Below are positions 37,780 through 49,814 of a stretch of DNA of 64,000 bases, piece after piece. Source of the stretch: Sphyrna mokarran. Its lineage: Eukaryota. Numbering within the stretch: position 1 is the first letter of the stretch; the number at the start of each line of letters is the position of its first letter. The stretch is from positions 95,046,001-95,110,000 of the forward strand of contig JAGIQG010000003.1 in assembly GCA_024679065.1 (NCBI GenBank). The letters are read 5' to 3'. The notes under the pieces were generated by a model. The model was not told the origin of the DNA. It did not search any database and saw only the letters and a program-made list of their open reading frames with translations. The position numbers and the translations under genes were made by a program.

Positions 37780-38220
37780 CCTGCCATACCACAGCAAGGG
37801 AAAAGTGAGAGACGATGTATTTTGGAAGGAGTAATTTAACAAGAAAGTACTCAATGATTGGTAGGACTTTAAGAAGTTTTGTGTGACATGGAGACCTTGG
37901 CGCGTTTGTCCACAGATCTTTGAATACGGAACAGCAAGTTTGTAAGGTAGTGAAAAAAACATATGGGGCATTTGCGTTCATCAATCGATACATAGATTAC
38001 AAAAGCAGGGAAGTCATGTTGGAGTTGTACAGAACTTTGGTGAAGCCACAGAGTACTGTGTGCAGTTTTGGTTACCACATTATTGGAAGGATTTCACTGG
38101 AGGGCAAAGAGCCAAATCCTAGCCAATGGGAGTAGGTGGGAATTCAGGTGTTTCCAATGTGTTAATGTGGACTCAATAGATCAAAAGAGCTTTCCTGTGC
38201 TATATATTTTTCTGAATCTA
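37780..38220 (+). mobile_element. CR1 LINE fragment with internal deletion
   Basis: ORF QVCKVVKKTYGAFAFINRYIDYKSREVMLELYRTLVKPQ..VCSF. Confidence 0.85.
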
Positions 38221-39319
38221 TAATAAGTCTTTCAATCTTCCAGTACTGCTTGCAAGTCCTTTCATACAATCTTCTGAGCATCATTAAACTGACAACTTCT
38301 TGGTTTTTAAATCTCTACAAGTCTCACCTCTTCATACAGGGAATATGTTCTCACCAGCATTCACCTTGGTAGTTAATACAAAAGTAGTCTTTCTGTCTGC
38401 CTGGCACACTTTGGTCTTCCTCCTCAGCTCTCTCTGAGTCCAACAAGTCTATGTCCCAACAAGACCAGCTGCCCTTTGTTTATGTCAAGGTCGAAAAACA
38501 GGCACTTGAGTTCCTGTGGATTTCAGCCTAGACCTTTGTCCGCATGATAACAAATCTGCATAGGATTGTCACTGTTCAGAATTCAAGTGTGATTCTACCA
38601 TCCCCAATTCCAGGGAATTCTATTAATTTTAAATTAAATTGATAGTTTAAAACATAATCACCACATAAAGTCTTGTCTCTGTGTGAATATATTTAATAGG
38701 AGTGTTTCAAATGTTCCTTTTCGGCAAAGTTCAGGTAAAGGATTCACTTAAAAGTGATGCATCAGAGTGAAATAGCTTTTGGCCTTGACTGAGATATTTG
38801 TAATGGTCTAAATGAAAAATGAAGGAGGATATGGGGATGATGGTTCAACATTCTTCTTGTATTCGCTACAGAGAGAAAGGAATAGATGATGAAATTGCAC
38901 CTAGCAGTTTACAATAATACTGCTGCATGAAGTTTTCATTTTGGAACCTTGATCAATCTCGTCAACGTATTGCTTAAGACGGAAAGTTTCTATTATATAC
39001 TTGAAAGATCTAGATATGTAGAGTGTAGCAATTTTGCTGCTATTTGTAATGAAAGTTCACTACATAAGGCAGAACTGCATTGTTTGGTGTGAATCTAGCC
39101 TCGGTGAGACTAAACCAGTACATGATTCAAAATCACAGGCAATTGAAAAGAGAATTACCAGAAAAGAAATTGCACAGTTGGAGAAACACGTTTCTTTGGA
39201 AACACATTTGTCAGTGTTCAGAAATTATGATAAAATGAAAAACAATAAACTGCAGTACATGAGGGGTTAGATTCTGGTGGTTGTATTTTTTTAAAAAAAC
39301 ATATTTAAAAAATAGAAAC

Positions 39320-40084
39320 TGTGGTAGAGACAGTATGGCTGGGTTGGTGAATTAGTGTTTCGATATGTCGATAAGCCTAGCCAGACTGTAAACAAATGTT
39401 TGCTGAAGGCAAGTTGGTAACAATGGTGAATAGAATGTCAAAACTGTAAGTAAGATATTAAAGGGTTCAAAGGAGGTGATGGGGTTTGTATTTCACAATT
39501 ACAGACTAAAAGATTAACTCACAAAATGAAAGTAATTAAGGCTGACTTCTGAGATGATTAATTCAGATAAGGGAACATCAAAATGGAAACCAGCACTTCA
39601 GGGATGGGTCACCGTCTGCAAGCTCACTGTCTTTGAAAATTCAGTCCATAGCACAAAGTTGTGTCTACTCCTAAAAAGCTATGCTTGTAGAAAAACTTGT
39701 TTGAGAAACCAGCAGTTTTATCTTACATCGGAAGTAATCCTGAAAGATGCAAGTGCCTGGTGTGGTAACTATTGCTGGATTTTGCCTTCAGTTTTAAAGT
39801 ATGTAGGATGTTGTTTGGGGAGGTTTATCTCCCCAAATGAAGGGATTTTGAACTGGGTAAATTTAAAGATTTAATGTATAATCATTAAGATTGTTAACCA
39901 TATTTATGGTTGATTTTCTTGTCGTTTTGTTGTTTAATAAACATTTATTTTCAAAACCATTGCAAAAACATCTGGAGCATCCTTCATTGGTCTTCAAGTT
40001 GCAAAATACAATTCAGCAGGCATTTCAAGTTTTCCTCTGGGATTAGGAATACACTAGCAGTTAACATCAGCTGTGCCCTGAACA
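39320..40084 (+). mobile_element. Possible solo LTR (Gypsy-like)
   Basis: Starts TGTGG, ends ..TGAACA, with an AATAAA near 39936. No target-site duplication found. Confidence 0.4.
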
Positions 40085-41091
40085 GATGGTAGTGACATCG
40101 AGCAAGTTCTCTTGATTGTATATTTTAAAAGAGGAAGGTTTATATTGTGTATGACAAAGGAAGTTATGACTTTTAAAAATAGAAATAAATCAGATGTGTA
40201 GTAATTAGAATCCATTATTTGTTAATTAATTGCAACAGCAGCAAACTATTGGCAGCTATTGTATTGAAGGTAACTTAATATGTCTTCATAAATCCTCCAT
40301 TTAATTGAAGGACACATGATACTTCAATGAATATAAGAACAGAAGTAGGCTTCTCAGCCTGTCAAACCTCTGCCATTCAATTAAATCATGATTGACCCAT
40401 ACTTCAGCTTCAATTTGCCACCTTTGGGCCACAATTTGCAGTGCTGAAATACCATTAATGAAATTGGCAGACTGTGAATGGCAGAGTGCCACAGGATCAG
40501 TTCTGGGTCTTCAGCTATTTACAATCTATATTAATCACTTAGATGAAGAGTCAGAGTAAAATATCAAAATTTGCTGATGATGCCAAGTAGAAAGGTAAAT
40601 TCTGGGAGAACATAGAGAAGCTTCAAATGGATACAGACAGGTTAAGTGAGTGGACAATATGATTTTGGTCGTAAGAATGTTTTTTCAAAGATAATTTGTA
40701 AATGTTCATTTTCGAAGAGAGTTGGGTGTGCTTATCCAAAAATATAGAAAGTGAGCATGTACGTCAAGGAATGAGGAAGCCAAATGGCATATTAATCTTT
40801 ATTACAAAGTGATCAGAGTTCAAGAATCTTACTACGTTGTGCTGAGTTTTAGTAAGAAAACATTTGGAGTATTGTGTGCAGCTGGGGTATAATGTGCAGC
40901 TTTAGTCTCCATGTTTAAGAAAGAGTATGCTTGCAGTGGAGGTGGCATAGCAACTGTTCATCATATTGGATGAGAGGATTATTCTGTTCCAAGATGAGAA
41001 GTCAGGTAAGTTGGGTTTATATTTTCTGGAGTTCGAAGTATAAGAGGCAATCTCATTGAAACTTATGCAGTTCTGAGGAGCTCTTTAGGGT

Positions 41092-41855
41092 TGTGATGTT
41101 AAGCGACCATTTAGGAAGTTTTTTTTTAAATCATGATCCCTGCAACTCTCACAGCTTCAGTGTTTCTCAGCTTGCCACCTTAGCTTTTTTCATTACAGTA
41201 CCAACTTATCAGGAGAAGTCCTTTCCTTGCTGCATAAAACAGGGGGTTTGTTTATTTTTGCTGGGATGTTTGTGATTCTATATTGTTAAGAGAAAAACTG
41301 GTTGGCAGTCAGGTGATAGAAATTCTCTTCAGTTTGGAGCTGCAGGTTTTAATTTTAAAAGGAACAACAAGCTGAAAATCTTGTTGTTTCCCTAGTTTTG
41401 GAAATCTTAATGGTCATCTAAAAGCATGGTCTTCTCTTTCTGAAGGGAGGGAAATCTGTTGTCAGTGACTGCCTGGAGTCCAAGTGTTTTGGAAAGCTGT
41501 TCTGACTTCAAACTATTTTGAGTATATCTAGAGAACTGCAGACTTCATCCAAAGGATTCAGTTCCAGTATCACAAGTATTAGACTTTGCTGTATTAAACC
41601 TGTTTATAGGATTGGTTTGATTGGGACAATTCTTGTATTCATTAAGGGTTATACGATATCATTGTTTCTTGTTAATGATTGATCAAAGTTATTGCTAATT
41701 TCTTACTGTATGTGTTAACTATATTCATAAATGAACTTTGTTTGATAAAAGCTTCCTAGTGGGTCATTTGAATCATAACTAAAGTGAAACCTCTCATGCT
41801 TATCCTAGCCAAATTCAAGATGCAAAATTTATGATCTAGATGGACTCCATAATAG
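41092..41855 (+). mobile_element. LTR-like fragment nested in CR1
   Basis: Begins TGTGATG and interrupts colinear CR1 sequence. Its 3' part (tttgataaaagcttcctagtgggtca..) resembles recalled shark LTRs. The 3' end is missing. Confidence 0.55.
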
Positions 41856-41957
41856 ACCAATCATTTAGGTCTGAGATGAGGAGAAATTACTTCACTCAAA
41901 GTGTTGTGAATCTTTGGAATTCTCTTCCCCAGAGGATCATAGATCCTTCATCATTAA

Positions 41958-42122
41958 GCAAAGAACATTACAGCACAGGAACAAGCCTTTTGGCCCTCCA
42001 GGCTTGCACTGACCATGCTGCTCGACTGACCTAAAATCCCCTACCCTTCTGGGGATCATATTCATCTATTTCCATCCTATTTATGAATTTGTCCAGATGC
42101 CTCTTAAAACACACTATCGTAC
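41958..42122 (-). mobile_element. HER1/CR1 3' tail, nested
   Basis: Near match to 36722-36890 (aattacagcacaggaaca..ttgaccatgctgc..aaaccccctac). Confidence 0.85.
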
Positions 42123-42679
42123 CTAGATACAGTTAAGGCTGAGATGGACATATTAAGGGATGAGGGGAATAAACAAGAAAATGATTTGAAGCCCAGGATT
42201 AGGCATGATCTTATTGAATGGCAGAGCCAGGCACAACGGCCCATGTGCTCTACTCCTACTCCTTTGTGTTCTTGTGACAAATTTGGAATTCACAAATTTT
42301 AGCTTCCCCTTGGTTGAAACAATGTGGCCACATTACAAGAAGAAAGCTTGAGAAATTATTTGATTAAAAAAGACTTACTGACACAAGCAAAAGATCAAAA
42401 CTCAATCTAGTGCTGTTTAATTATCCTAACATGCCTGGTGATATAGTGTCATTATACAGTGGTTGATAAGCTGTCAGATGAAAGCAGTATTTCCTAGCTC
42501 AAAATGACAGCTCTCAAACAAAAAATTATCAAGAGAGTTTTGCAACAAAATAAGAAAAGGTATATTTTGGCTGACGATTTTGTACTGTATCATCACTGTT
42601 ACCAGAAGATATGAAGAGGCTGTATGAAGAAAATAAATGGAAAGCAGTAGTAGCTCTACGTAAGAGATCAAGGCCCTGA

Positions 42680-43347
42680 TAAGTTACAAATCAAAAGGGA
42701 AGGTAAATCAGGGGGAGCAATTGTGGGAGATGAGATGCAGAAGGTCCCTTCAGATTTGATGATAGGACCTGCTTTAAACTTTTTGCATGCTTTTCCCAGC
42801 TGCAACCAGCTTGATGTTGGCTGAATGATACGCTGTTGGATGGCAAGGCAATGAGTGGAGTAGGGATAAGTCAGACATAGTAATGGGGGTGTGAGGTGCA
42901 ATGAGGGGGAGGTGATGGGCATTGTTTGCAATTGTTGCAGGGGACAGGGTGACACTCAACCATATGGGGGGTTTTGATATGGGAGTTTGCATTGGTAGTC
43001 TGATTACTGGGAGAGGGGCTAATTGACAATGGGAGGGAAAAGGTTATATTGTGAGCAGTGGAGAGCATTCCTAAAATTGTAAGTGCACTAAACTGATGGG
43101 TCCAACTCTTCTTGCCTCCCTTCAGTTGTCAGGTATCCTGCAGCCCAGGAAACACTTTCTCCATGAGGTAATGGTAATACTCCTCTTAAGTTACTAGCAC
43201 CCAGCCTCATTAAAATATTTTAGTGCCGGACTTGCCTCTAAAGATAGGTTAGTTGGATTGGACAGGTTGGAGAAGGGTTCCAGATTCTTCAATTTTAACA
43301 CTCACCTCAGCTCAGTCCAAGGGTGGGGGAATTAAAATTATTCCCCA
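42680..43347. mobile_element. Degenerate non-autonomous Harbinger-like element
   Basis: G-rich body, ctcattaaaatattt block and ttaaaattattcccc terminus. Confidence 0.4.
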
Positions 43348-43853
43348 TGTAGTGGAAGAACAGGATTTTTACAGTTCACAAAATATTCATGAGATTGGAA
43401 CCAATGCAAGAAGGGATGCTTGAAAATAATTAGAAAACCAGAACAGCAAATTAAACCTGAGGTTTTTTGAGTGAGTTGGAATAGCAATTCAATATGAGAT
43501 CAGCAAGAATTAACAAAGAACAAAGCAAATCTATGATTGACGAGGTTAAAGCAGAATAAGAAATTAAATTTGAACGTGAAAGGAGAGATCCAGCTAGAAA
43601 GCAGAAACCGTCGGAAAACTTAGACTTACATTTTAACTTTACAATAATAACAGTCATATTCGATTTTGAATTTATTTACGTTTTGTATCCAGTTTAAAAA
43701 AAAATCTTGAAAGAAAAGGAAATGCAAGTGAAAGCTATCTGGAGCCAATCATGATTAGTAATTAAATTGATATACACGTCAAGCTGCAGACACCTGAGAA
43801 TTATCATTCAAATAAAGGAAGACGGAGCTGTGTTTCTAATGGTTACAGCTCGA

Positions 43854-44116
43854 CAATAAACGGTGTTTTAAAGAATCAAGAGACATGCGTTCTCATTTCA
43901 GCTGGTGTGCACAAACCATTTTTCATTGTACCTTTGAATGTAGGAGCTGTTTATTTGTAATGGGATTGCATTTGCTTTACCCATCACTGAATGAAACTTT
44001 TATATCACTGCTATTCAATGCAAGTTGTTCAAACACTGCAGAGGAGTACAGAATAGTTAGAAGTAAAATAAAGAGCAACATATTGATGGACAAGATAAAA
44101 CAATAGATTAGAAAGT
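43854..44116 (+). repeat. Left arm of a 263-bp inverted repeat
   Basis: Ungapped reverse complement of 46393-46655, with 17 mismatches by hand count. Confidence 0.95.
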
Positions 44117-44409
44117 CTAAAAATTGCTGCTGGCATGGTTAGTTGATGAATTCTTCATGCATTCATGTGAAATTCCTCCATCTGCTATTTTCTGCAGGTA
44201 CTAACTAATGGACAATAGCTATGCCTGAGTTAAAATATTGACAAAAGATTATGATGCGGATATGTTACATGTTATCAGCTAACTTTGCCATTGGTATGTA
44301 TGAGGCTCAAGCACTTCAATAAATGTGTAAGTGTACCTATGTTGGTTCAGTTTATTGTTAGTGTACATTAATTAGTAGATCATTATAGTCTTTGCCCGGT
44401 AACTACTGA

Positions 44410-45045
44410 GTGTCGGCCTCAGCTCACTGGTAGTTTGTGCGTTCAAGTGCCACTCCACATAACCTAGATTGATATTCCAATGCTGTACTGCACTTTTGGA
44501 TGTGACAATTAATCTGTGCTCTTTCAGCCTCCACAGCTGATTGCTTGGCACCAGTTTAAAATGAGTGGTGCTATTCCTTTCTGTCTTTAATACCGGCCTT
44601 GGGTCACTGTCTGTGTGGAGTCTGCACATTCTATTCATGTCTGCCTGGGTTTTCTCTGGATGCTATGGTTTCCTCCCACAATCCAAAGATGTGTGGCTTA
44701 GGTTGATTGGCCGCACTAAATTGATCCTAGTGTCAGGGCAATTAGTAGAGTAAATATGTGGGGTTACAGGAATAGGGCTTGGGTGGGATTATGGTCAGTG
44801 CAGACTCAGTGGGCCAAATGGCCTCCTTCTGCACAGCAGGAATTCTGATTCTGTGATTTGTATCTCACATTAAACATGACTAACACTTAATCCTGATCTC
44901 ATTGCTGTTTATGGGCTTTGCTCTGCACAATATTGCTTGCCACATTTTCTCCATTACAATAGTTGACTGCAGTTCAACAAAAAAGTATTTGAATTGATTG
45001 CAAAGGATGTTGAGTTGTCCTGAGGTGACAAGCACAAGTTTTATT
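44410..45045 (+). mobile_element. Ancient Deu-domain SINE interrupted by an HE1 V-SINE
   Basis: gttcaagtgccactcca head; Deu block atctcattgctgtttatgggctttgctctgcacaa..ccattacaatagttgactgc. Confidence 0.7.
44593..44855 (+). mobile_element. 5'-truncated HE1 V-SINE, tail type A
   Basis: ttgggtcactgtctgtgtggagtctgcacatt...gcagactcagtgggccaaatggcctccttctgcac. Confidence 0.9.
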
Positions 45046-45065
45046 TTTCTTTTTTTTAAACTGCA

Positions 45066-45116
45066 GATAAGGAATGAGTAGTGTGTTGCTTGGGGATAAG
45101 GAATGAGTAGTATGTT
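45066..45116 (+). repeat. Direct repeat gataaggaatgagtagt(g/a)tgtt x2 (29-bp period)
   Basis: Seen directly. Confidence 0.85.
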
Positions 45117-45609
45117 ATGCAAAATCTCCTATGACTCGAAAGTGAAAATTCAGATGACTTAGAATCTTGAGGTCAGATGCAATTGTATTTCATGTTTTCA
45201 TCACTCATTGTTTTATTGTTAACTCTCAAATATTCTGTTTTAGATCTATTGACATTCTGCAACTCCCTAATCTCTGTTTGGGAAAGACCATTTATGATAA
45301 AGGGATATTTTTGCATTAAATATGATGTCAAATAATATTAATCCAATTCCAGAATATTTATAGCATGCTGGTTCTCCTACAGGACCCCATTTTTCTGTGG
45401 CAGGAGCAGCAAACACATGTTGTCAATATACTTAAGAGGTAAAAACTGTCTAAAATAGTTTTCTTCATTGGTTCAAAAGCTTTGTTTGAAAAATAATCCA
45501 ACCAAAAAGTGACATGATGGTTGGAATAATTTATTTGAAAAGTTAACAAAAAGTGGCTGACTGGATGATTGCAATCTTTTTGGCTGCCTCAATATTAAGT
45601 AAAATGTAT

Positions 45610-46000
45610 ATAAGAACATAAGAAATAGGAGCAGGAGTAGGCCATACAGCCCCTCAAGCCTGCCCCGCCATTCAATAAGATCATGGCTGATCTGTAGTGG
45701 TTCAGTACCACTTTCCCGCTTTCTCCCCGTAACCCTGAATTCCCTTGTCAATCAAAAACCTATCCACTCTTGGTTTGAACATATTCAGTGAGGAAGCTTC
45801 CACCGCCTTATCAGGCGGAGAATTCCAAAGATTCACCACCCTTTGGATGAAGAATCCCCTCTGCAACTCCAATCTGAACTACCCCCCACCTCCCCTAATC
45901 TTGAGGCTGTGCCCTCTAGTCCTGCCATCTTTGCTAAGCAGGAAGAGTCTCTTAACCTCTACCCTATCCATCCTCTTCATTATCTTATACGTCTCTATCA
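45610..46000 (-). mobile_element. CR1 LINE 3' end
   Basis: ataagaacataagaaataggagcaggagtaggcc tail; reversed KVVNLWNS and TRGHSLK motifs. Confidence 0.9.
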
Positions 46001-46392
46001 GCAATTCTGTGCTCTCATAATATATGAGAGCACAGAATTGAGTTACCAGTACTTCACCAGAAGTACGCTCAAATGTTGTGAAATATAAAATTCTAAGTTG
46101 ATTTTCTTATGTTAAAAAAATGGATACAATAGAAGGAATCCCATGGCATAAATTGTAGCTATTGAAAGCATCTTAATTTCTGCTATAGATGAAAGAGTTT
46201 TTATGGTCAAAGATGAACTTGCACATTGAAGACCCACTGAGATGAACAAAAAGATTGCAATCAAAAGTCATAACTAGAAAAGGTGTTGTTATGTAATAAA
46301 CATATTAACCCACTTTCTATGACAGGACCAGTTCAACAACCTAGAACCATCCAACTAGATGACTCCAGGACTGAAATTGTACTGCCCCATCC

Positions 46393-46655
46393 ACTTCCTA
46401 AACTATTGTTTTACCTTGTCTATCAATATGTTGTTCTTTATTTTACTTCTAACTATTCTGTACTCCTCTGCAGTATTTGAACAACTTGCATTGAATAGAA
46501 GTGATATAAAAGCTTCATTCAGTGATAAGTAAAGCAAATGCAATCCCATTATAAATAAGCAGCTACTACATTGAAATGTACAATGAAAAATGGTTTGTGC
46601 ACACCAGCTGAAATGAGAATGCTTGTCTCTTGATTCTTTAAAACACCGTTTATTG
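46393..46655 (-). repeat. Right arm of the 263-bp inverted repeat
   Basis: See left arm. The ORF track shows near-identical peptides on opposite strands. Confidence 0.95.
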
Positions 46656-46691
46656 GAAAAGGGACGAACAATGGAAAGGTCCATTGATCTT

Positions 46692-46740
46692 GGACAGGAT
46701 TTTATGGTCTTGGAATGAGCGAGGTCGCAAAATCCTGGCC
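46692..46740. mobile_element. ~50-bp palindromic Harbinger-type MITE
   Basis: Imperfect inverted ends ggacaggattttatg / cgcaaaatcctggcc. Confidence 0.5.
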
Positions 46741-48914
46741 AATCCTAGTCCCCTTTTCCTGTGACTCCATCAGCTTCAGTTTTGCAGACCAAGAAAGATG
46801 CAACTGCTACATAGGACCCCAAAATAGGCCAGGGGCCTCAAAATCTTGGCCACTGACATTATCCTAATCTGCAGTCCAAGGCATTGCAATTTTGTTGAAC
46901 ATTAAGGGGTGAATATCCAATGGCCTACAGAACAGTCATGTTAAGGGTTCAGGGCACTGGTCTCAGTGAAAGTTCCATGCCCACTTGTCCCAAGGAGATC
47001 CTCAGGCTGGCCCAGTTGCCCAATACTCTGTTGCTTTATGACACTTGGTTGATTGTGAAGTCTGTGCCTGAAGGATTGAATCTAGAGAGCATTCATTGGC
47101 TCTCTCTGGAATTAACGTTTTTTGAATGGGCAAAATTGCTTCACTTGGCTGTCTCCAAGCATATCTGTTGAGCTAATGCAAACCAGCCTCGGCTGCTTTA
47201 GAGTCCACACAGTTGAAATCTCTCAATCTGTATGGCTGTTTTTCTCCCTCTCAAAATCCCACCCTGCCATAGTCACGTGTTTGACTATAACCTTCCATGC
47301 TCTTCACCAACACTGGAGTCCTTGTCCCGATGTTCTCTTCATTCAGTCTGTGCTGTCTTGTCCCCCCTTGCACCACGACCATTACCTCAGCACCACCCTG
47401 AAAGCCAGCTATAAAACCCGTGGAGGCTTGCCAGCAACAACCCCTTAACCCACGGTGCTGCTTCGTTGCATTCCTGCCAGGGATTCTCATAAACACTGCG
47501 CTCAGTTGTACGAACTGACCTTTTGAGTTCCCTTCGAAATTCAGGTCATCCACTGTATGTGATTTAAAAGCAATTGGAAATCATGTAATTCTCCATTCAT
47601 GCCACATGGTATTTAAATTTGATGTTGGGAAGTGATTCTGGCATCTGGCTATTATAATTTGAGGCAAATTCATGCCAAAGATGTTCATAACAATCAGTGG
47701 TGAGAAATGGGCACACTGTTAGCAGGGGAAGGTTCAATCACTTCCTTGTTTTACATCACCAGAAAATGTGCCTCGGTATTTCTCAATATTTTTTAATCTG
47801 GTAACTGAACATGCACGTGTATCATGTGCAGGGAAGCCCTGACCATTATCTTTTGATTACACTTTTCGAACTATTAGGTTATTTGAGTTTATTGTTGTGC
47901 CTTAGTTGCTATTAAATGTTCAACCTGTAAATAATTCTGAAGATTAGCCTTCTACTTTAGTCTGATGATGTTACATGTTGTCTTTCAGATGAGAGATGAG
48001 AATCTGGTGCAGCATCCTGTTGTTTTAGGCTGATTATTAAATATTGAGACCAGGGGTTATTATGAGCATGTTAAGCCATACACAGGTTGTACAAAGGCAT
48101 AATTTGTGCTTCATAAACCTATTATGCTTCTGTAAAAGGGAAACCTTTAGCTACGATGCAGAAAAATGTCTGGTTTAATTTCTAGTCAGTATTCTTGAAA
48201 TCACTAGTGTTCTGAACTTGGCTGAAGGTCAATGCGAGGCCAGAAGGGAAACTTGAAATGCTGGTTCAAAACAATTTATTTTTCGGAAAAAAGTGCTGAA
48301 ATCCGGTGAGTAAAAGATCTGTCCTGTTGTAATTTATTCAAATAACAAAATGTTTATTGTACTTTAAAACACATAAGCAAGGCAGCAATAAAGAACAACA
48401 TTTGCAATTAACTTCAATAATGGTTTCCCAGAGGGCAGATTAATTGCCCCAATTTAATCTATCTACTTTCCTAAACTTCGAGAAACATCTTCTCCTCAAC
48501 GACATCTCATATTTTTTAACATTATGAGCCAAATTCAGCAAATTAATACCTCATAGAACCTGTAGTGAAGTGAAATTTATGATCCAGGTTACTAGACTAT
48601 GAGACTCCACTTTGGTTAATGAACTGTTAGTTTCACCCTGCTACTAGTTTAATCTGCATTTCACAAGTCCTCAGTGCAACCATATGCTAGTCTTTACAAT
48701 ACTTTTAATTTCATTCAGCTTCCTAATTAGCAAGGAAACAAAACATTGTGGTCAGGCAGGTGACGCACTAATGTATGAGCTGGATTTTCTCTCAGAAACA
48801 TAGCTCAATGGCATAATTTGAGGAAAGAACTGACTTCCAAGTTTTTGAATGCTGCACTGGAAGTTTTAGTAAGGAGGTGCAAAGGTGACCTGGATCTGCA
48901 GTAAGTCAGTAGAT

Positions 48915-49622
48915 CCTCAGACACATTTTCAAAAGGCAGAGTGAACATGCCCTGTCTACATCAATGGGATCAAAGTAGAAAAGGTCAGGCACTTTAAGTT
49001 TTTAGCTGTCCAGATCACCAACAACCTGCCTTGGTCCCCCCACATTGACACTATAGTTAAGAAAGTTCAACAACATCTCTACTTTCTCAGAAGACTAAGG
49101 AAATTTGACATATCAGCTATGACTCTCACCAACTTTTACAAATGCATAGAAAGCATTTTTCTAGTTGTATCACAGCTTGCTATGGCTCCTGTTCTGCCCA
49201 AATCTGCAAGGAACTAGAAAAGGTTGTGAATGTAGCCCAATCCATCACACAAACCAGCCTCCCATCCATTGACTCTGTCTACACTTTTTGTTGCCTTAGC
49301 AAAACAGCCAGCATAATTAAGGACCCCACGTACCCCAGGTATTCTCTCTTCCGCCTTTTCCCTTCAAGAAAAGGATACAAAAGTCTGCGGTCATGTACCA
49401 AGAGACTCAAGAACAGTTTCTTCTCTGCTGCTGTAAGAAATCTGAATGGACTAACCTTGCATTAAGTTGATCTTTCTCTACATCCCAGCTATGACTGTAG
49501 CACTACATTCTGCACTCTCTCGTTTCCCTCTCTATGAACAGTGTGTTTTGTCTCTATAGCACGAAAGAAACAATACTTTTCACTATATGTTAATATATGT
49601 GACAATAATAATTCAAATCAAA
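48915..49622 (+). mobile_element. Rex1/Babar-type LINE, 5'-truncated
   Basis: FKFL.VQITNNL.WS, LYFLRRLRKF, SSCITACYGSCSAQ...IIKDPTYP.YSLFRLFPSRKGYKSLRSCTKRLKNSFF. The 3' UTR ends tgtgacaataataattcaaatcaaa. Confidence 0.9.
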
Positions 49623-49814
49623 GATGTCCATGAAAGTCATTGTCCATTGTCATATCCCAGAAAGAGCACCATAATGTACCTCATCCATGAATAAGTACAG
49701 GCTAGCTTTAAGCAGTGTGAACTAATTATAACTGGTGCTAATCTTTCAGAATGTTAGACTCCTATTCGAGAGTCTACAGAAGCCAGTGCTAGTTGTCAAA
49801 TCCTGACGCCTTTA

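Larger units (their letters stand above)
40455..42278 (+). mobile_element. Old CR1 LINE (RT to tail) interrupted by an LTR-like fragment and a reversed HER1 tail
   Basis: VPQGSVLG-like gtgccacaggatcagttctggg, KFADD, HLEYCVQ. Resumes at 41856 (FRSEMRRNYFTQSVVNLWNSLPQ) and at ~42125, up to ctactcctactcct. Confidence 0.85.

Noticed and set aside
43885-44106. Near-identical 73-aa and 93-aa ORFs on opposite strands (with 46403-46684) as a duplicated small gene
   Set aside because: They are a by-product of the DNA inverted repeat. The ATG is not shared, and there is no recognisable domain or splice context.
45383-45438. AG/GT-bounded 56-nt segment inside the inverted-repeat loop as a regulated exon
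   Set aside because: Weak polypyrimidine tract and donor, not frame-preserving, and no contactin similarity.
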